A stretch of 64,000 nucleotides of DNA from Pelomyxa schiedti. Its lineage: Eukaryota; Protista; Evosea. The DNA is taken from assembly GCA_020536535.1 (NCBI GenBank), contig JAHLWZ010000794.1, positions 103,469 to 167,468 on the forward strand. Reading direction: 5' to 3'. Made by a program: the position numbers and the translations under genes. Under the pieces are notes generated by a model. The model saw only the letters and a program-made list of their open reading frames with translations. It was not told where the DNA came from and searched no databases. How positions within the stretch are numbered: position 1 is the stretch's first letter; each line of letters starts with the position of its first letter. Shown one piece after another: positions 51,420 through 64,000 of the stretch.

Positions 51420-52800
51420 TCACTCGTTGGAATCGAAACTGCAAAAAGAGCGGAGGTCGCTGAGAGATGCAAAGGAGCTCCTGGATGTTTGTCGCCGAAT
51501 CTGACACACGTCATTCAGATTTCCAAGGGCCGTTTCTAGTACATAGGCGCTCCCACATGATCCATTGAGCCATGGGTGCTGAAAAGGTTAAGTGAGAGGT
51601 GTTGGAAAAATTTATTTACTTTTCAATTTAGAGGTATTGGAATTTACACACTATCAGGGCTTGCTGGGCAGTCATGCGGGACTCGCATGGAACAAGCAAC
51701 CCGGTAACAAAGTCCTTTGCTTCATCTGAGATGTAACGCCAATCCTCTTCATTCATTCCATATTCGCAAGTTTGAATTTTTTCTAGCAAGTCTGGCAGTG
51801 TATCTGAGTAGAATGGAGGGTATCCACACAGTAGAATATATGATATCACCTGAAAGAGTGTTATTAACCAGTAACCTAAATGTTTCTTACCCCTATGGAC
51901 CACATATCTGCAAGGGGGCCATATCCTTGGCCTTCTAGTACTTCCGGCGCCTGTATTTACTGATAAGGTACAAAATTAACTGTGACTGAGAAATAGGCAC
52001 CACATAAGCCGGACTCCCACATGCTGTAGTCACCATGACGGATTCTGGAATAATTCTTGCCAAACCAAAATCGGCTATGCATACATCTGTGTCGGATTCG
52101 AGCGTTCTGAGTAAAAGATTTTCTGGTTTCTGGAGAAAAATTACTTCGACTCAAAAAGGCAAGAGCCAACCAAATCTCTGTGGATGACATTGTTTAAATG
52201 AAGGAATCGAACTGCTTCAGTAACTTTCCTTATTACTTCGGCAGCATCCCTCTCTGTATAGCAATTTCTTTCCACAATTCTATTAAACAGTTCCCCACCA
52301 CGAGCGAGTTCTAGCACAACAAATAGCTGCAAAGTTTTAAGGCAAAATCTCTACATTTCTGCATACTTTTGTGGTTGATTCATATGAACATATAAACTTG
52401 ATTATCTGTTGTAGATTAACCAACGACTACTATAATACAAGTTGCTCTACATATGGGTGTGACATAGCCCTTAGAAGTTGCAGCTCTTTTTCGAGCTTTG
52501 CATAACAGTCTGTTTTGTTCAATATTTTTACAGCTGTTTTCAAGGAGTAAGGTTCCCACCCCCATACAAAAAAAAAAAAAAACAAAAAGAAAAACCACCC
52601 AACGCACCGACACTTTCTCCCGTAAATTTGTCTGTGGCCCTGACCACTACAGAGAATGTACCCCTTCCCAGCTCCTCCTCCACAGTGTACCTATCCGTGA
52701 ACCTCTCACCTGCCATATGCCCTGTTGTACTCTCTGACCCGCTTTGTGTTGTTTGCACTGTTGTTTGTGTTGTTGTTTGAGTTATTTGTGTTGCTGCCAT
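51420..52800 (-). CDS. CAMK-family Ser/Thr kinase (CaMK1/MLCK-like)
   Basis: [53 protein letters not shown]. Confidence 0.93.
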
Positions 52801-53120
52801 AGGCTCAAAAACCGCTGGTTTTTTTATCTTCCTCTTTTTTGTCGAACGCAAAGGGGGGTGATCAACACCGTAGTTGATTATTTTTGAGTTGTGTAAGTAG
52901 TTTAACGTAAAGAACTTTTTAGTGCCACATGATTCCATATGAGATGGAAATTTGGTGGGCCCAAGTTGGCGCCGCTCCTTGTGAAGGAACTGCTCAAGGC
53001 ATCTTTGCCTATTTCGAAATTTCGGGGTTCTGGTTAGTGCGGTGTGAAAGGAAAACGAAATAACCTTGTTGCTACTGAAGAGAATCGTCATCATTTGCGA
53101 AAACTGTTGCTGCTAAGGGG

Positions 53121-56100
53121 TTAATCTGAGTGGAATTCGTAAGTGGGTGGAACCTTGAGGACTTTTTTTTCACTTTTGGGAAAATTAGCTTGTTTAAGTC
53201 TCTGGTCAAACTTGGCTTCTAGTTGCATTCTTTTGGCTTGCTCTAAGGATACCATTTTATTTACCTTTGTGGGTTAGTTATTGTGCCTTATTATGCTTAA
53301 CCACACAAGTATTGCAAGAAGTTTAATATAATCCTCCGCGCTAAGAACACTGTGAGGCTGTAATATCGAAATTAGTGGATCAAAAAAAAGGGAGTACCAA
53401 CCTGATCTGCTGGCCCGACAGTGGAATCCTGTAATGAAGTTTGGCTCTGCAACTAAAAAGTGGAAAACCAACCATTAACTTGGATATAAATACTTCCAGT
53501 ATACTTCGCAACTGGAATGTGAAATAAGGCTTAACTACAACAAATACTTTGTCCTCTGAGGTTCTGTGAAGCAATGAGAAAAGGTTTGTGTCACTTGCCT
53601 CTACCCATCAGACTTTAGATTTACAAGCCACTGAAACACTCGGCCAACAAGACTGAGTGCTCGTCTTGTCTCTGGTTTTACCTCGTCCACTGCAATGTAA
53701 GGTGAGCCGAATTCTTATGAACAATTGAAAATACCAGATGCTAAGTAATACTGTTCAGGATTTATAATTGCTGGTACAACAAACCGCAAGAAGAATAAAG
53801 CAACAACAGCTATATTTGAGGGGTGCCTTAACTCATCAAGTCGAATTTTCACCTGTCGTAGCACTGTCTTGATGTTACTGTTGCATTTTTAGAATGATCC
53901 AGTTGTAGTAGAAAAAGAACCTCGGTACTGCCTCGACGGAATTACAAACAGCAACTACGAGATTTTGAATGATCGCAGCAAGCTTTTTCGCATTTTCATC
54001 GATACTTTCATCGGGGCTGGTATTGGTTGTGTCAGCTGAGTAAAGTGTTCCTTGTAGCAGGAACTGACCTCATTTTATCAGCTTCGACTTCACAATGAGA
54101 TGGATCAGCAACGAGAGTACTGATAAGTGGTTGTAAAGTCTGCACCAAGTACTGGTAGCCAATAAGCTTGAAGTAATGAGCAAGCAGTTTGGTGGCAGGA
54201 CTGTTTGCTCGAAAAAGTGTATTTTGTGTTTCTACCTCGAGTTAGTTGCACTTAGTTGAAAGAATGAACGTAACGCTGGGTCGCGGTGCCAATATCTTCT
54301 TTAAGTAAACTGAGTACAAGCATCATAGTGCTCCCATCTCTATTTAGCAAGCGAGTGATTGTGACAGCAACACTGTCGTCAGCAATCATTGTGTCACAGA
54401 TGGAAGAAGGTAGAACTAGACCAGGATGGGATAAAAACTTTCTCCATTTTAGTTATGGTATTTTCAGTTTAGGAATACCGTTATTAAATTGGACTCGTAC
54501 TCTCGGGCAATACGGTAGTTTACGTTTCTGTCGTTAGTAGGCACATACTGGTATGAAACTGAAAGACTTCCAGTTGATGAGTCACTCTCCAACCGTTGCT
54601 TTCCCTCAAAATTTCTGTTTGGTATTTTAGGTTGCTAAGTCCCATCCTTTTACTGACTTGATGCGCCGAACATCCAGAAGTATAATCTTGCCAAGAAACT
54701 CATCAGAAGAGAAGAACCTGTTGTGTGAAAACACATCAATTTGGATGTCCGCATCAGCAGAATTTGGCATCTCGATTTGAAATTCTTCCTCCCTTGACGA
54801 TTGTTAGTCTCCATACTTGGAAGTATAAGACCCACCATACTGGCTCACTTTCTTGGAAAAAGCTTTTGGATTTCAACCGCTTGCCTGTGTTTGGTGGGTC
54901 ACTGACCTTGTGTATAACACAAAAAGGATTTGGCTTGCGTGTCCCACCCAATCTAAGATCAAAGCCCCTCAGAACTATCAAGTTGTTAACTAGTTTTTAT
55001 TCTGTGTATTTTACCTTTAAGCTGTAGAAGACCACAGGAATAGGGATTTTCAAAATATCTAACAATTGTTGACGATGCTATTAAAGTAAGTAAACCAACA
55101 CTTGACTCTATAATAATACCGTTGTAACTAGGAGAAGGTGATGCCTGGGCAGCACTAAGGATTGGTTGGGAGGATGCAGTGTTATTACAAATAGTGGCAG
55201 TGGGTGGTGGGGTAGGTTGAAATGGGGTTGCTACTGGTGAAACTGGGGGAGGTGGTGAAGGAGCTGGAGCGGGTGGTAAAGGTGACTGGTTGGAGATAGA
55301 TTGTGACTGTGTAACTGGGAGTGGTGCTGGAAAAACCGGTGGTTCTGGAGCTGAGGCGTTCAGTTGAACCTGGAGTAAGGGTGCTGAAGTTGAGTGCGGA
55401 CCATAAGAGAAGGACTGTGAGTGACCTCTAGAAGAAACGGAAGCTGATGCTTGTCCGGGAGGGCGGGATGGTGCTTGCTTCTGTGGTGGTGGCATAGGCG
55501 CTTGAACGGGTGGCAACACTGTAGTATGTGTTGGAAGAACAGTAGGTGGGGAAGGTGTTAAAGAGGGCTTTCTCTGCGCAATAGGTAGTGAAGGAGAAGG
55601 AAGTTGTGGTGGATGTGGAACTGCAATCGGTGCTACTTGCAGAGCAGTTGGAATACGGGGTGCCAGCGCCGGAAGTACCGGCGGTGAATTGGGAGGCACA
55701 TTAACAGGAGGCAAAGGGAGAATCACCGCGGGATTGGGAGGCTTTGGAGCAATCACAACAGGAGTAGGCTCGGTATCATCTAGTATCTCTGGAGATGATG
55801 GTGCAGCATCCAAATCAAACAACTGATCCCATAGTTCCAACATACATTTACGGAAAGATGTATCTAGTACCTCAACGAGGTCCTTTTTTTCCCCATTTTC
55901 TCATGTAAGTTGAGTTGTGAGCAGTAGTGTTAAAGTTTAGGGAGTGGTTTTTTAAAAGTATATAGAAATGTTTGTTTGAAGGTAATTATGCCTGACGTGA
56001 CTGTATGTCCTTGTTTATACCAAGGCCAGTGAGTAAAGTGCAAAACTGATTCCATTGGGAAAAGTCCATATTGAGAGGCTCTCCTCAACAGTATTTAGAA

Positions 56101-56465
56101 ATGAAATTCACAGGCAATAGTTCTCCAGCTGAGGCCAAGTTGAGTGTCGACTTTTGGGGCTCAGGTTCAGGCACCGTCACGCCAACCCACTACCAACCTG
56201 AAGAAATTCAACACTATTTGGCAGATTGGTAGGTTCGACGAAGTGGGAAAACACGCAGCCCCTATGAGATCCAGGTCTTGTATGTCAGGGTTGGGCAGTC
56301 TGGGGGGACTCTCCAGCAGATACCAGATGGTCGGAGAGTTTGTGTGATTCTGAGAGGGAAGAGGAGAGCACCAGGAGTTCCAATCAGGAACCAAAGTACT
56401 TTCAAGGGAGTGTGGGGATTTGGCAGTGTTTCCCTGCCGCTTGGGGACAAGGAGTTTTTCATCAT
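53121..56465 (-). CDS. RasGAP with C2-like domain and Pro-rich region
   Basis: TLFRANSPATK, FFLRFVVPAIINP (RasGAP signature); C2-like PNPFCVI...EPVW; long Pro-rich exon. 5' exons uncertain. Confidence 0.85.
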
Positions 56466-56546
56466 TTTTTGATCTTGTGGACAACCATTTCCCCAAAAAT
56501 CCCTCTACCGTAGAGACGTCCGGTTTCATCGTTGGTGAGAGACAGG

Positions 56547-58106
56547 ATGCACAGAGATCCAAGTGGTGAAGAGGAGCCGGCAGAAGCAAAGCATGTGCGT
56601 GAGCAAGATGGTGGCGAAGATAGGAAGAGATCTTGGGTGCTCCTCTCAATTTTCTTGTTGCTCGGTACGGGGATCCTCTTGCCTTGGAATGCCTACGCCA
56701 CTGCGTACCTTTGTTTTCCCCAAAAAAACCAATTGCGGGATGTTGGTGGGAAGCACTCCTTGTTGGGTTTTCACCCTTCAAATAGATACGATTACTGGGA
56801 CCACTTCTATCCTGATTCGAATTTTGAGTTCTTTTTGGGGATTGTCTACAACTATCCAAACGTTATTACAACTCTATCTGCCATCTGGCTTGCCCCCAAG
56901 TACACTGGCATCTTGTTCATTATATAATAACATCTCTTAGTATGTTATACTTTCTTCCTCCCACTACTTCTTCAGATTACCCTTTGGTCCACGCTTGTTC
57001 TTTGGATTTGGAATTTTTTTAATTGCACTTATTGGGATACCCATTATAACACAATTTATTGATGCTTCTGTTTCCTTGTACATCAATCTCGGGTTTGTTG
57101 TATGTTATATGCATTTCTCACAAGGATGTTCACTCTATGGTAGGCGTTATCAGGAGTTGCAACAGGAATTTTATTCCCGACTGTAACTGCTCTGGGTGCA
57201 ATGTTCCCTGGAAACAATATCACCGCTATAATGGTTGGGAATGGTATTGCTGGAGTTTTGGTATCAATTGCATTGTAAATTCTAAATGATTGACCTCGGC
57301 AAGGTTTGTGCAATTCGAATAATCACAAAAGCTACAACAACGGGGCAAACAAATAGCTACGCAATTAGCGGCTCACTATATTTTTCCCTTTCTGCTTTTG
57401 TCATTTTGCTCTGCATTGTTGCTTGCATAGTTCTGCTCCGCATGAACATTACAAAAGTTGTTTTAAGCAACTTTGTTCTCCGGGCAAAGAATATAAACAC
57501 TCAAGAAACTGTACCTCTAGTCAGTGGTGGAGCCAACAGAAGCAAACCAAAGTTATCTGCAGTGTTCCGCAAATCCTTAAGTTGTGCTGCAATGATCTTC
57601 ACTGTCTTCTTTGTCACTTTGGCAGTCTTCCCTGGTGTTACGACCCTCATCCCCTCATCAAATGACAACTTGGGTGATTGGTTCCCTGTTATCATGATTA
57701 CTGTATTCTGTGTTGGAGATTTCATAGGACGCAGCTTGCCATACATATTCCGAGTTCACCGATACATCCTTGCTGTTCTATCTTATTCAAGGTTTTTTTG
57801 GCTGCTTTTTCAATTCCCCTGTTCAACTTGCTTTTGTGAAGGGTTGTATTCCTCGTAATGTTCATCATCTGTGCACTTGGCTATCTGGTTTACAATGCTC
57901 TATCCTATGTTTTGATGGCCCTAATGGCCGTGAGCAATGGCTACTGCGGAACACTTTCTCTCATGTACGGTCCTGATGCTGTAGAGGCACATGAGCGGGA
58001 GCTAGCTGCAATAGTTGTTACTTTCTCCATGCAGTTTGGTATTTTCACGGCATGCAACTTCGCGATGCTCTTACTATACCTTATAACTGGGAGTGTGTTT
58101 GGGTAA
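56547..58106 (+). CDS. Equilibrative nucleoside transporter (SLC29/ENT)
   Basis: LLGTGILLPWNA, MVGNGIAG, VTLAVFPGV, GDFIGR, SNGY. Confidence 0.93.
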
Positions 58107-58173
58107 CCATTTTACCATATGTATCAATTGGAAAAGAAAGAATGAAAAAAAGTGGCACTTTTATTTTTCTTGG

Positions 58174-59970
58174 TTACCAATCAGGGCACGTAGGGTTGCA
58201 TTCTACATGTAGACCAACAAGGTTGTACTTGCAAGGAGAATAAATATGAGCTGAGGCGGGTGCTGATGAAGATGCCCACCACGATGATACAGCCTCTTGG
58301 AGGGTGGTTTTGTCAATGGATAACTAGTATGGTGTGAGAATCTCGTTCCGTTTGTTCTGGTTATTGTAGTTATTGTTGGATATGGAAATAGTACTGTTGT
58401 GTAGATGGTGTCATCGTCTTCAATGCAATGGGAGTAGCAGGATTCAACAAATGCCCCGTTTCCGGCCTTATTGAATGTAGAAATAGATTTCATTGTGCTC
58501 GTAAAGGTATCAGAGTATTGGTTCATAACTTCAATCTGAGAATTTGATCAAATCGAAAGTACACCATCCGAAATTGTGACCTGAGAAATATTGCACTTCT
58601 GTAAATCATTTTGGCAATCAGTCCAATCAGCGTAAGTTCCACAATATCCATTGTAAGGTGACTCGGGGGGCATGGGTGACGATAGTAAGATGCACGCTAA
58701 TTTTGAAGTGATTGGACGAAGTGTGTGTTATAATGGGATACCCATTTGCCAGCTATCAACAGCCTACAAATTGTGAGTTCCAAGGAAGAAGTTTCAGTGA
58801 AAAGTACAGAGTTTATGATGAATGTAGGTGTTGATGTATATGCGTAGTTGTTTGCGGCAAAGATGCAACGCCACTCTTCCCCAGGGAATGCAGCAATGCA
58901 ATCTTGGTCCACACCCGCTGTGCAGTTCTGCATGTTGAAAACATACTCCATTTGTTCTCCATACACAGCAACACCCTAAGTGACATGTTAACAAAGAAGC
59001 AGTTGCGTTTTGAAGAGGCACGTCGAGGTTCGTATGGTCCAGGAAGAAGCCACCCTCTGGCATACTTCGATATTTCACAACACTAGAAGGCAATTTTGTC
59101 CCAATATAGTCCGCATGAAGATAGGTGGAAAGCCCTGACAGTATTTGTGAGTCAGCATTGGAGCAATACGGTTGTCATTTTTACCTCCAGCCGAGCAACC
59201 GGTAAGAAGTACATTTTCAGCAGAACCAAAACCATAATCGCGGGTCAAATGCCTAATAATTTCATCGATTATGACTTGTCCTCTGAAGTACTTTTTTGGT
59301 TTGGAGGTAACTAAGTGAGGACAAGACAAACAATCTGTCAGTACACACCAGCTTAACATCATTGTAAATGACAGGATTTGCTTTATAACCAGCAAAAGAG
59401 GCACCATCACAGTAAGGTAGGAAAACGAAATTCCAATCGTAGAAGTCCGGATTAATGTTAGGGTCATCAGACATATGACCACCAACCCAAACAGATGATT
59501 CCCAAGCAGAACTATATACTCACCATCAAAAAAAAAAAAAAAAAAAAAAGAGGGAGTGCTTCAATACCTCGATCCCAATGTGGTTGTGGAGCGGGAAGCA
59601 CAGTCAGCTTCCTCGTAACACCAACCCCCGCCTATTGGAAAATCATCACAACAAAACATTTCAAATTTTGGAAGTACCTTGGAAGTATATCTGCCATTTG
59701 TTGACTGCACTCTGTGATGTAGCCAGCCTTATATAATACCCAGCTGATGTTCCTACAATAACATTACAAAAAAAAAGAGACAGAGAAGTAAGCCATTTCG
59801 TTCGTTGGACTCTCCCAAACAGCAAACACGAGACGCGTACCGTCGAGGCACACAGCACCGGTGACGTCGCTGTCATCTAGCAACACCAAATTCAGCTGCG
59901 TCCCACTCACAACTGCAATTACAGCAATAACAATCACCCCACAACCAAACGACCTCACCGTGGGCCTCAT
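58174..59970 (-). CDS. Secreted pectin acetylesterase/Notum-family hydrolase
   Basis: Signal peptide; [46 protein letters not shown]. Confidence 0.92.
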
Positions 59971-60109
59971 TTCGTTTGTTTTTCTTTTTTGAAGGTTTGA
60001 AGGGGTTTTTCCGAAATTGATATTTTCATCTGGTTTTCAACAACCTTCACTGACCGAATTTATTTTTGGGTTGTTGGTGGGAAGGTATTTGGCAAGGGGA
60101 ATGTATGGT

Positions 60110-60753
60110 TTAGTAGCAACCAGTGGCCTTGGGGTGGTACACGCTCCAGGATGCTACGGAACTGTGCTGGTAAACGGGGTCATCGTAGTATGGGTCATGT
60201 GTGTAGTAGCCATTGTTTCTGGAGGGTGGATCAGTGAGGAATTGCGAAGTAGGAAACAAAGTACCCGTCACAGCCAACAACAAGGACAAAGTGGGACTGG
60301 TTGTTGACCCAGATGACTATGCCATTGCCAGAATTTACAGAACTGCAAACAGTGGAGTACGAGGGGTATTGGATTCCCTTGGGGCTTACCGTTACATGAT
60401 ATTCTACTTACAACCGGAGTTGAAAACTTACACAGAAAACAGTGTATCCCAGATTATCTACAGTTGCCCAAACCAGATTGCATCCACTTACATAACCGCC
60501 ATTCTTTGTCAACCAAGTGTTAAAGTCTCCTGGGTTCCCACTGTACTTAAGGTAACTGCTCAATCGTTAGTCATAGAAAAGCCGTAGAAGAGTTAGAATA
60601 CGTGAGGTAATCGTTAGTTGAGCACATGGCGCATCCGGCATTGCAAATTGAAGTCCCAGAGCATGTGCCCAAGGTGTTTCCAGAATAACTCTGGTAGCAT
60701 TGCTTCCAGTCAGCAGCTGCCGCAACAGTTAAAAACGCATAAAAAGGAGTCTC

Positions 60754-60846
<93 letters not shown>

Positions 60847-61020
60847 CAACAAACCAGCAAGGGTGTTGGCAGCGCGGATTTTTGTTGAGTTCCAGCCCGG
60901 GAGCCAAGCTGTGGCGCCAGCAGGTGCATTGGGGTCGATGGTAGAAGCCTTGGCGTACTCCCCAATGGTCCCTGCACATACGGACGCAACAACCAACGCT
61001 ACAACGAAAACAACGCGCAT
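60110..61020 (-). CDS. Secreted peptidase C39-like (papain-fold) protein
   Basis: Signal peptide; WKQC, ICNAGCAMCS, NPGDFNTWLTKNGGY, SHFVLVVG, HDP (Cys-His-Asp triad). Confidence 0.72.
60755..60844. repeat. 90-nt poly(A) run (intronic poly-T of the minus-strand gene)
   Basis: Uninterrupted A run inside a GT-AG intron. Confidence 0.9.
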
Positions 61021-61419
61021 CTCTGCTGTAACTGTACGGTTTTTTTTTCTTTTCGTCGTTGAGTTTCGGTTAATCGGGGTAGTGGCCAAAACTGATTTTC
61101 CCGCAATTGTTTTCCGATCTGCTCCATCTGGTTTGCGTGCTGCGAGGCCTCCAACTGATGTCAACCGAGAGGTCTCACAGACGGTAAGTAAGACACGGAG
61201 GAGAACACACGTGATAAGACCCTCGTTCCCATTTGGGTGTTGTGTGTGTGATAGTGTCTATCAGAAGAATTATTTTTGTTATTATTCCTATTTACAATCT
61301 TTCTGTGGTACAACGGCGGGGGATTCAAGGAAAGGCCATTAGAATGAACGCTCCAGCCATTCCTGTGAATGGCTGGGTCTGTCCCAGACTAGGTTTCCCA
61401 AGATTCTTGGAACTTGCTC

Positions 61420-64000
61420 TCTGACAATTGATAGTGAGCAGGGCCCCACTTCATTCACAGGAAGGGATTCTCACATGCTGTGTGAACTTGTGCAGAAGTG
61501 CTTCCACATTTTGTGAAAAATTCCTGTGATTCCTTCCTGTCAAGGCTCTCTGGAATCACGGAATCCAGCTTTTTGAAGTGTCTTCTGAGTGTTATTGAAT
61601 CCAGCTTTGATAACCTCGTGTGGTTCATTGAGGATGTACTTTCCACATTTAACATGTTGTGTTATGTTGATCCACTGAATGGGCACAGGGCTGTTCTTCA
61701 GTTTGTAGAGAAGCACATTGAAGGAGTCAACATCTTCCTTAAGGTTGTTTCTGCCTTGAGGATCAATCATCCCTGTGATGGTGACAGGAGGAACCATCCA
61801 TGAAAACCTTGTGATGAAAGCCCTCATGCTTGATTGAACTCACCACCAAGCCTCGAGGTTCAATGAGAAGAGGTGTTTGACATGCTGAGTTCCACGACCT
61901 CAGTTGAACGTTTGCTTGAAATGGCATTAGAGGGAAAAAAACTTGCACACATCAAAGGGAGGGATGGACTTCTGTTTCACATGTTGAAGTTTGGTGCTGC
62001 AAAAATAGAGGGTTTCGCCTCGTTGATGCACACCACCCAAGTCTGCACTGGTTCTTATATGCAGAACCACAACACAACAAACCTATGTCTGCATATAAGA
62101 ACCAGGCCATTGTATTGGGAGGCTACCAAGAACCACTGTCCACTTCATCTTCTCTCTCCTTCCCCTGGCTGGTTCGGATAAGGATGTGTTTTCCACAATG
62201 TTGTCTTGTTACCAATTAGCAACATTTGGGAAACCCTCATTCCAACTACTGGTGCCAGAAACTTCTGTCACCCAAAAGTTTCGCTGCCTAAAACTTTCCA
62301 ATAATGTTGTGCCCATCCAAAGAATTTCTGCATTGACTTCTCACATTCTGTGTGGATCATGTTGATTGATAACAAGACCACAATTGTGAACAATGAAACC
62401 AGACATTGCATCCATCACAAGAATCTCGTTCTTGTTATCAGTGACTGCAAACAAGAACCCCCTTCCACCAGCAACTTTCCTGGACCTCTTGTCACTGTGA
62501 ACTGCCCTCAGCATCAGCTGTGCCACAACATTGTTGCAGTCCCACCCACAGTTCGTATGTTTCTTCCAACCCAATGCAGAACACTGATGAACTTGAGAGA
62601 AGCAGCAGTGCCAGCTTTGTGGGTTGAGGATATCAGAACCCCAACCGGCATAATCCTCTCATCAAAGATGACACAACCCTGATCCCTGACATGGGAGATA
62701 GAAACTCTGAATAAGCATCTCCCATGTCTATCTTCTCCCACAGACATTTACAGGAGCATACTAGAAAAGCACCCAATTAAGCCTTTGCAACACCACCATG
62801 ACCACAACACCATCAGCAACCAACTGGCAAAACTTTGGAAGGAACCTCAACACCCCAGGCATCCCCCCTCAATCCGGAACCAGGCCCTCTTGGTTGTAAC
62901 CAACATGAAACCCCTCAACAATTGCATGGCCCATGTATGCAAAGTCGACTTGCCAGATGGATGTGATTCACCAGAGACAGTAAAACACATCCTAAACAGG
63001 TGCCAACATAATTTGGAACTCCGGCAAGAATTTAATTTAATTTAATTTAATCTAATTTCCACACCTCAACACTCCCGCCAGAATTAGCATGTGTGGAAGT
63101 CCGTGGGGCACTGGGTTTACCAACCCAGGCCAAAATCCAAACAACCACCATCGTTCACCCAAGATTTGAATGCAATCCACCCTAAAGGCTTCACACAGGT
63201 TTAAAGATGATTACAAGAAAACACCAGTATACCCAACCAGCAAAATAGAGATTTCCAGACAAAGGACCAGGCACAACACCCACCAATCATAGCAGAAACC
63301 AATCACACCAGACTCCACCCATAACAGACACCACTCAAAACCCAACCCCCCTTTATTCTGTTCCCAAGAAGTAAATTTAATAAATGCCCAGTTGTGTGGG
63401 CTTACCCCCCCAGTGCAAGAATCCAGATGGTAGACCACTCAGTGGTTTGTGTAAATAAACACAGGTTGCCCAGCACCATTCTTCATGATTAGAAGACCAA
63501 CAACGAACTCCAGGCCATCTTCCCCCAGCCACTGAGTTGTTGTTGATACCAACACCATGGGTCTGCCAATGCTGTATGTCATTGGCAAGTCAAGCAAGGT
63601 GAACTGCGCCTTATCGTTTTTACAGCTCAAGATCAATGCCTCATCGGGGTTTGACCAGCTCAGAGCAACGCGAATGGTTCCCCTGGCGTCTATGCATATT
63701 GGGATCAGTGGGTGGTGATTTTTTTCCCTATCAAAAAGTGTATCATCACCGCCCAAAATCACTGCCTGGCAGGGGATTTAACCAAAAGAAAAAACTTTTT
63801 TTTAGGTTGTTCTTAATCTAACTCAATATTTAACAGTGCTGAGGGGTTAAGCTTTGGGCTAAACAAGGAGTACAAAGCAAACATGTTGTTCCTTGTGGTG
63901 TTCCACCTTTGGTGTATGTCATCTATTGCAATACAGTGCTCAAGGCTATTGTACCAAACTAGAACTTTGCTCATTGGTGTGACATGGGTTGTCCTGACTT
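61420..64000 (-). pseudogene. Decayed coding remnants of unknown family
   Basis: Protein-like fragments (e.g. NEILVMDAMSGFIV; PICIDARGTIRVALSW) broken by stops and frameshifts; few CpG. Confidence 0.4.

Noticed and set aside
60571-61164. Poly-Phe and poly-Lys ORFs
   Set aside because: Translations of the intronic homopolymer

Overview
Gene-dense eukaryotic (protist) DNA carrying about 20 genes broken by many short GT-AG introns (typically about 40 nt), so the ORF track shows only exon fragments. Gene content and style suggest an amoebozoan, possibly an archamoeba such as Pelomyxa; this is inference only. In order: TBC1D24-like TBC protein (partial), sulfotransferase, tandem Ras-like GTPase, SH2-like protein, STE20 kinase, ITFG1/LINKIN, a decayed zone, NUDIX hydrolase, calcineurin A-like phosphatase, NSE1, EF-hand/PH phospholipase D, a RhoGAP-SH3-Ras fusion, SEL1-repeat protein, Pumilio, RER1, FG-GAP membrane protein, ATG8, a stand-alone CZB zinc-binding protein, histidine phosphatase, TMEM33, HD protein, CAMK kinase, C2-RasGAP, ENT transporter, pectin acetylesterase/Notum, C39-like peptidase and a terminal pseudogene zone. 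The most unusual element is non-coding, at 3304-3613: seven tandem hairpins with a conserved 16-nt apex (TGAC-WRAATGTC-GTCA, with a compensatory change in one copy), each on a lower stem of different sequence. It lies just 3' of a small predicted spliced minus-strand ORF. All gene models were assembled by eye and their ends are approximate.
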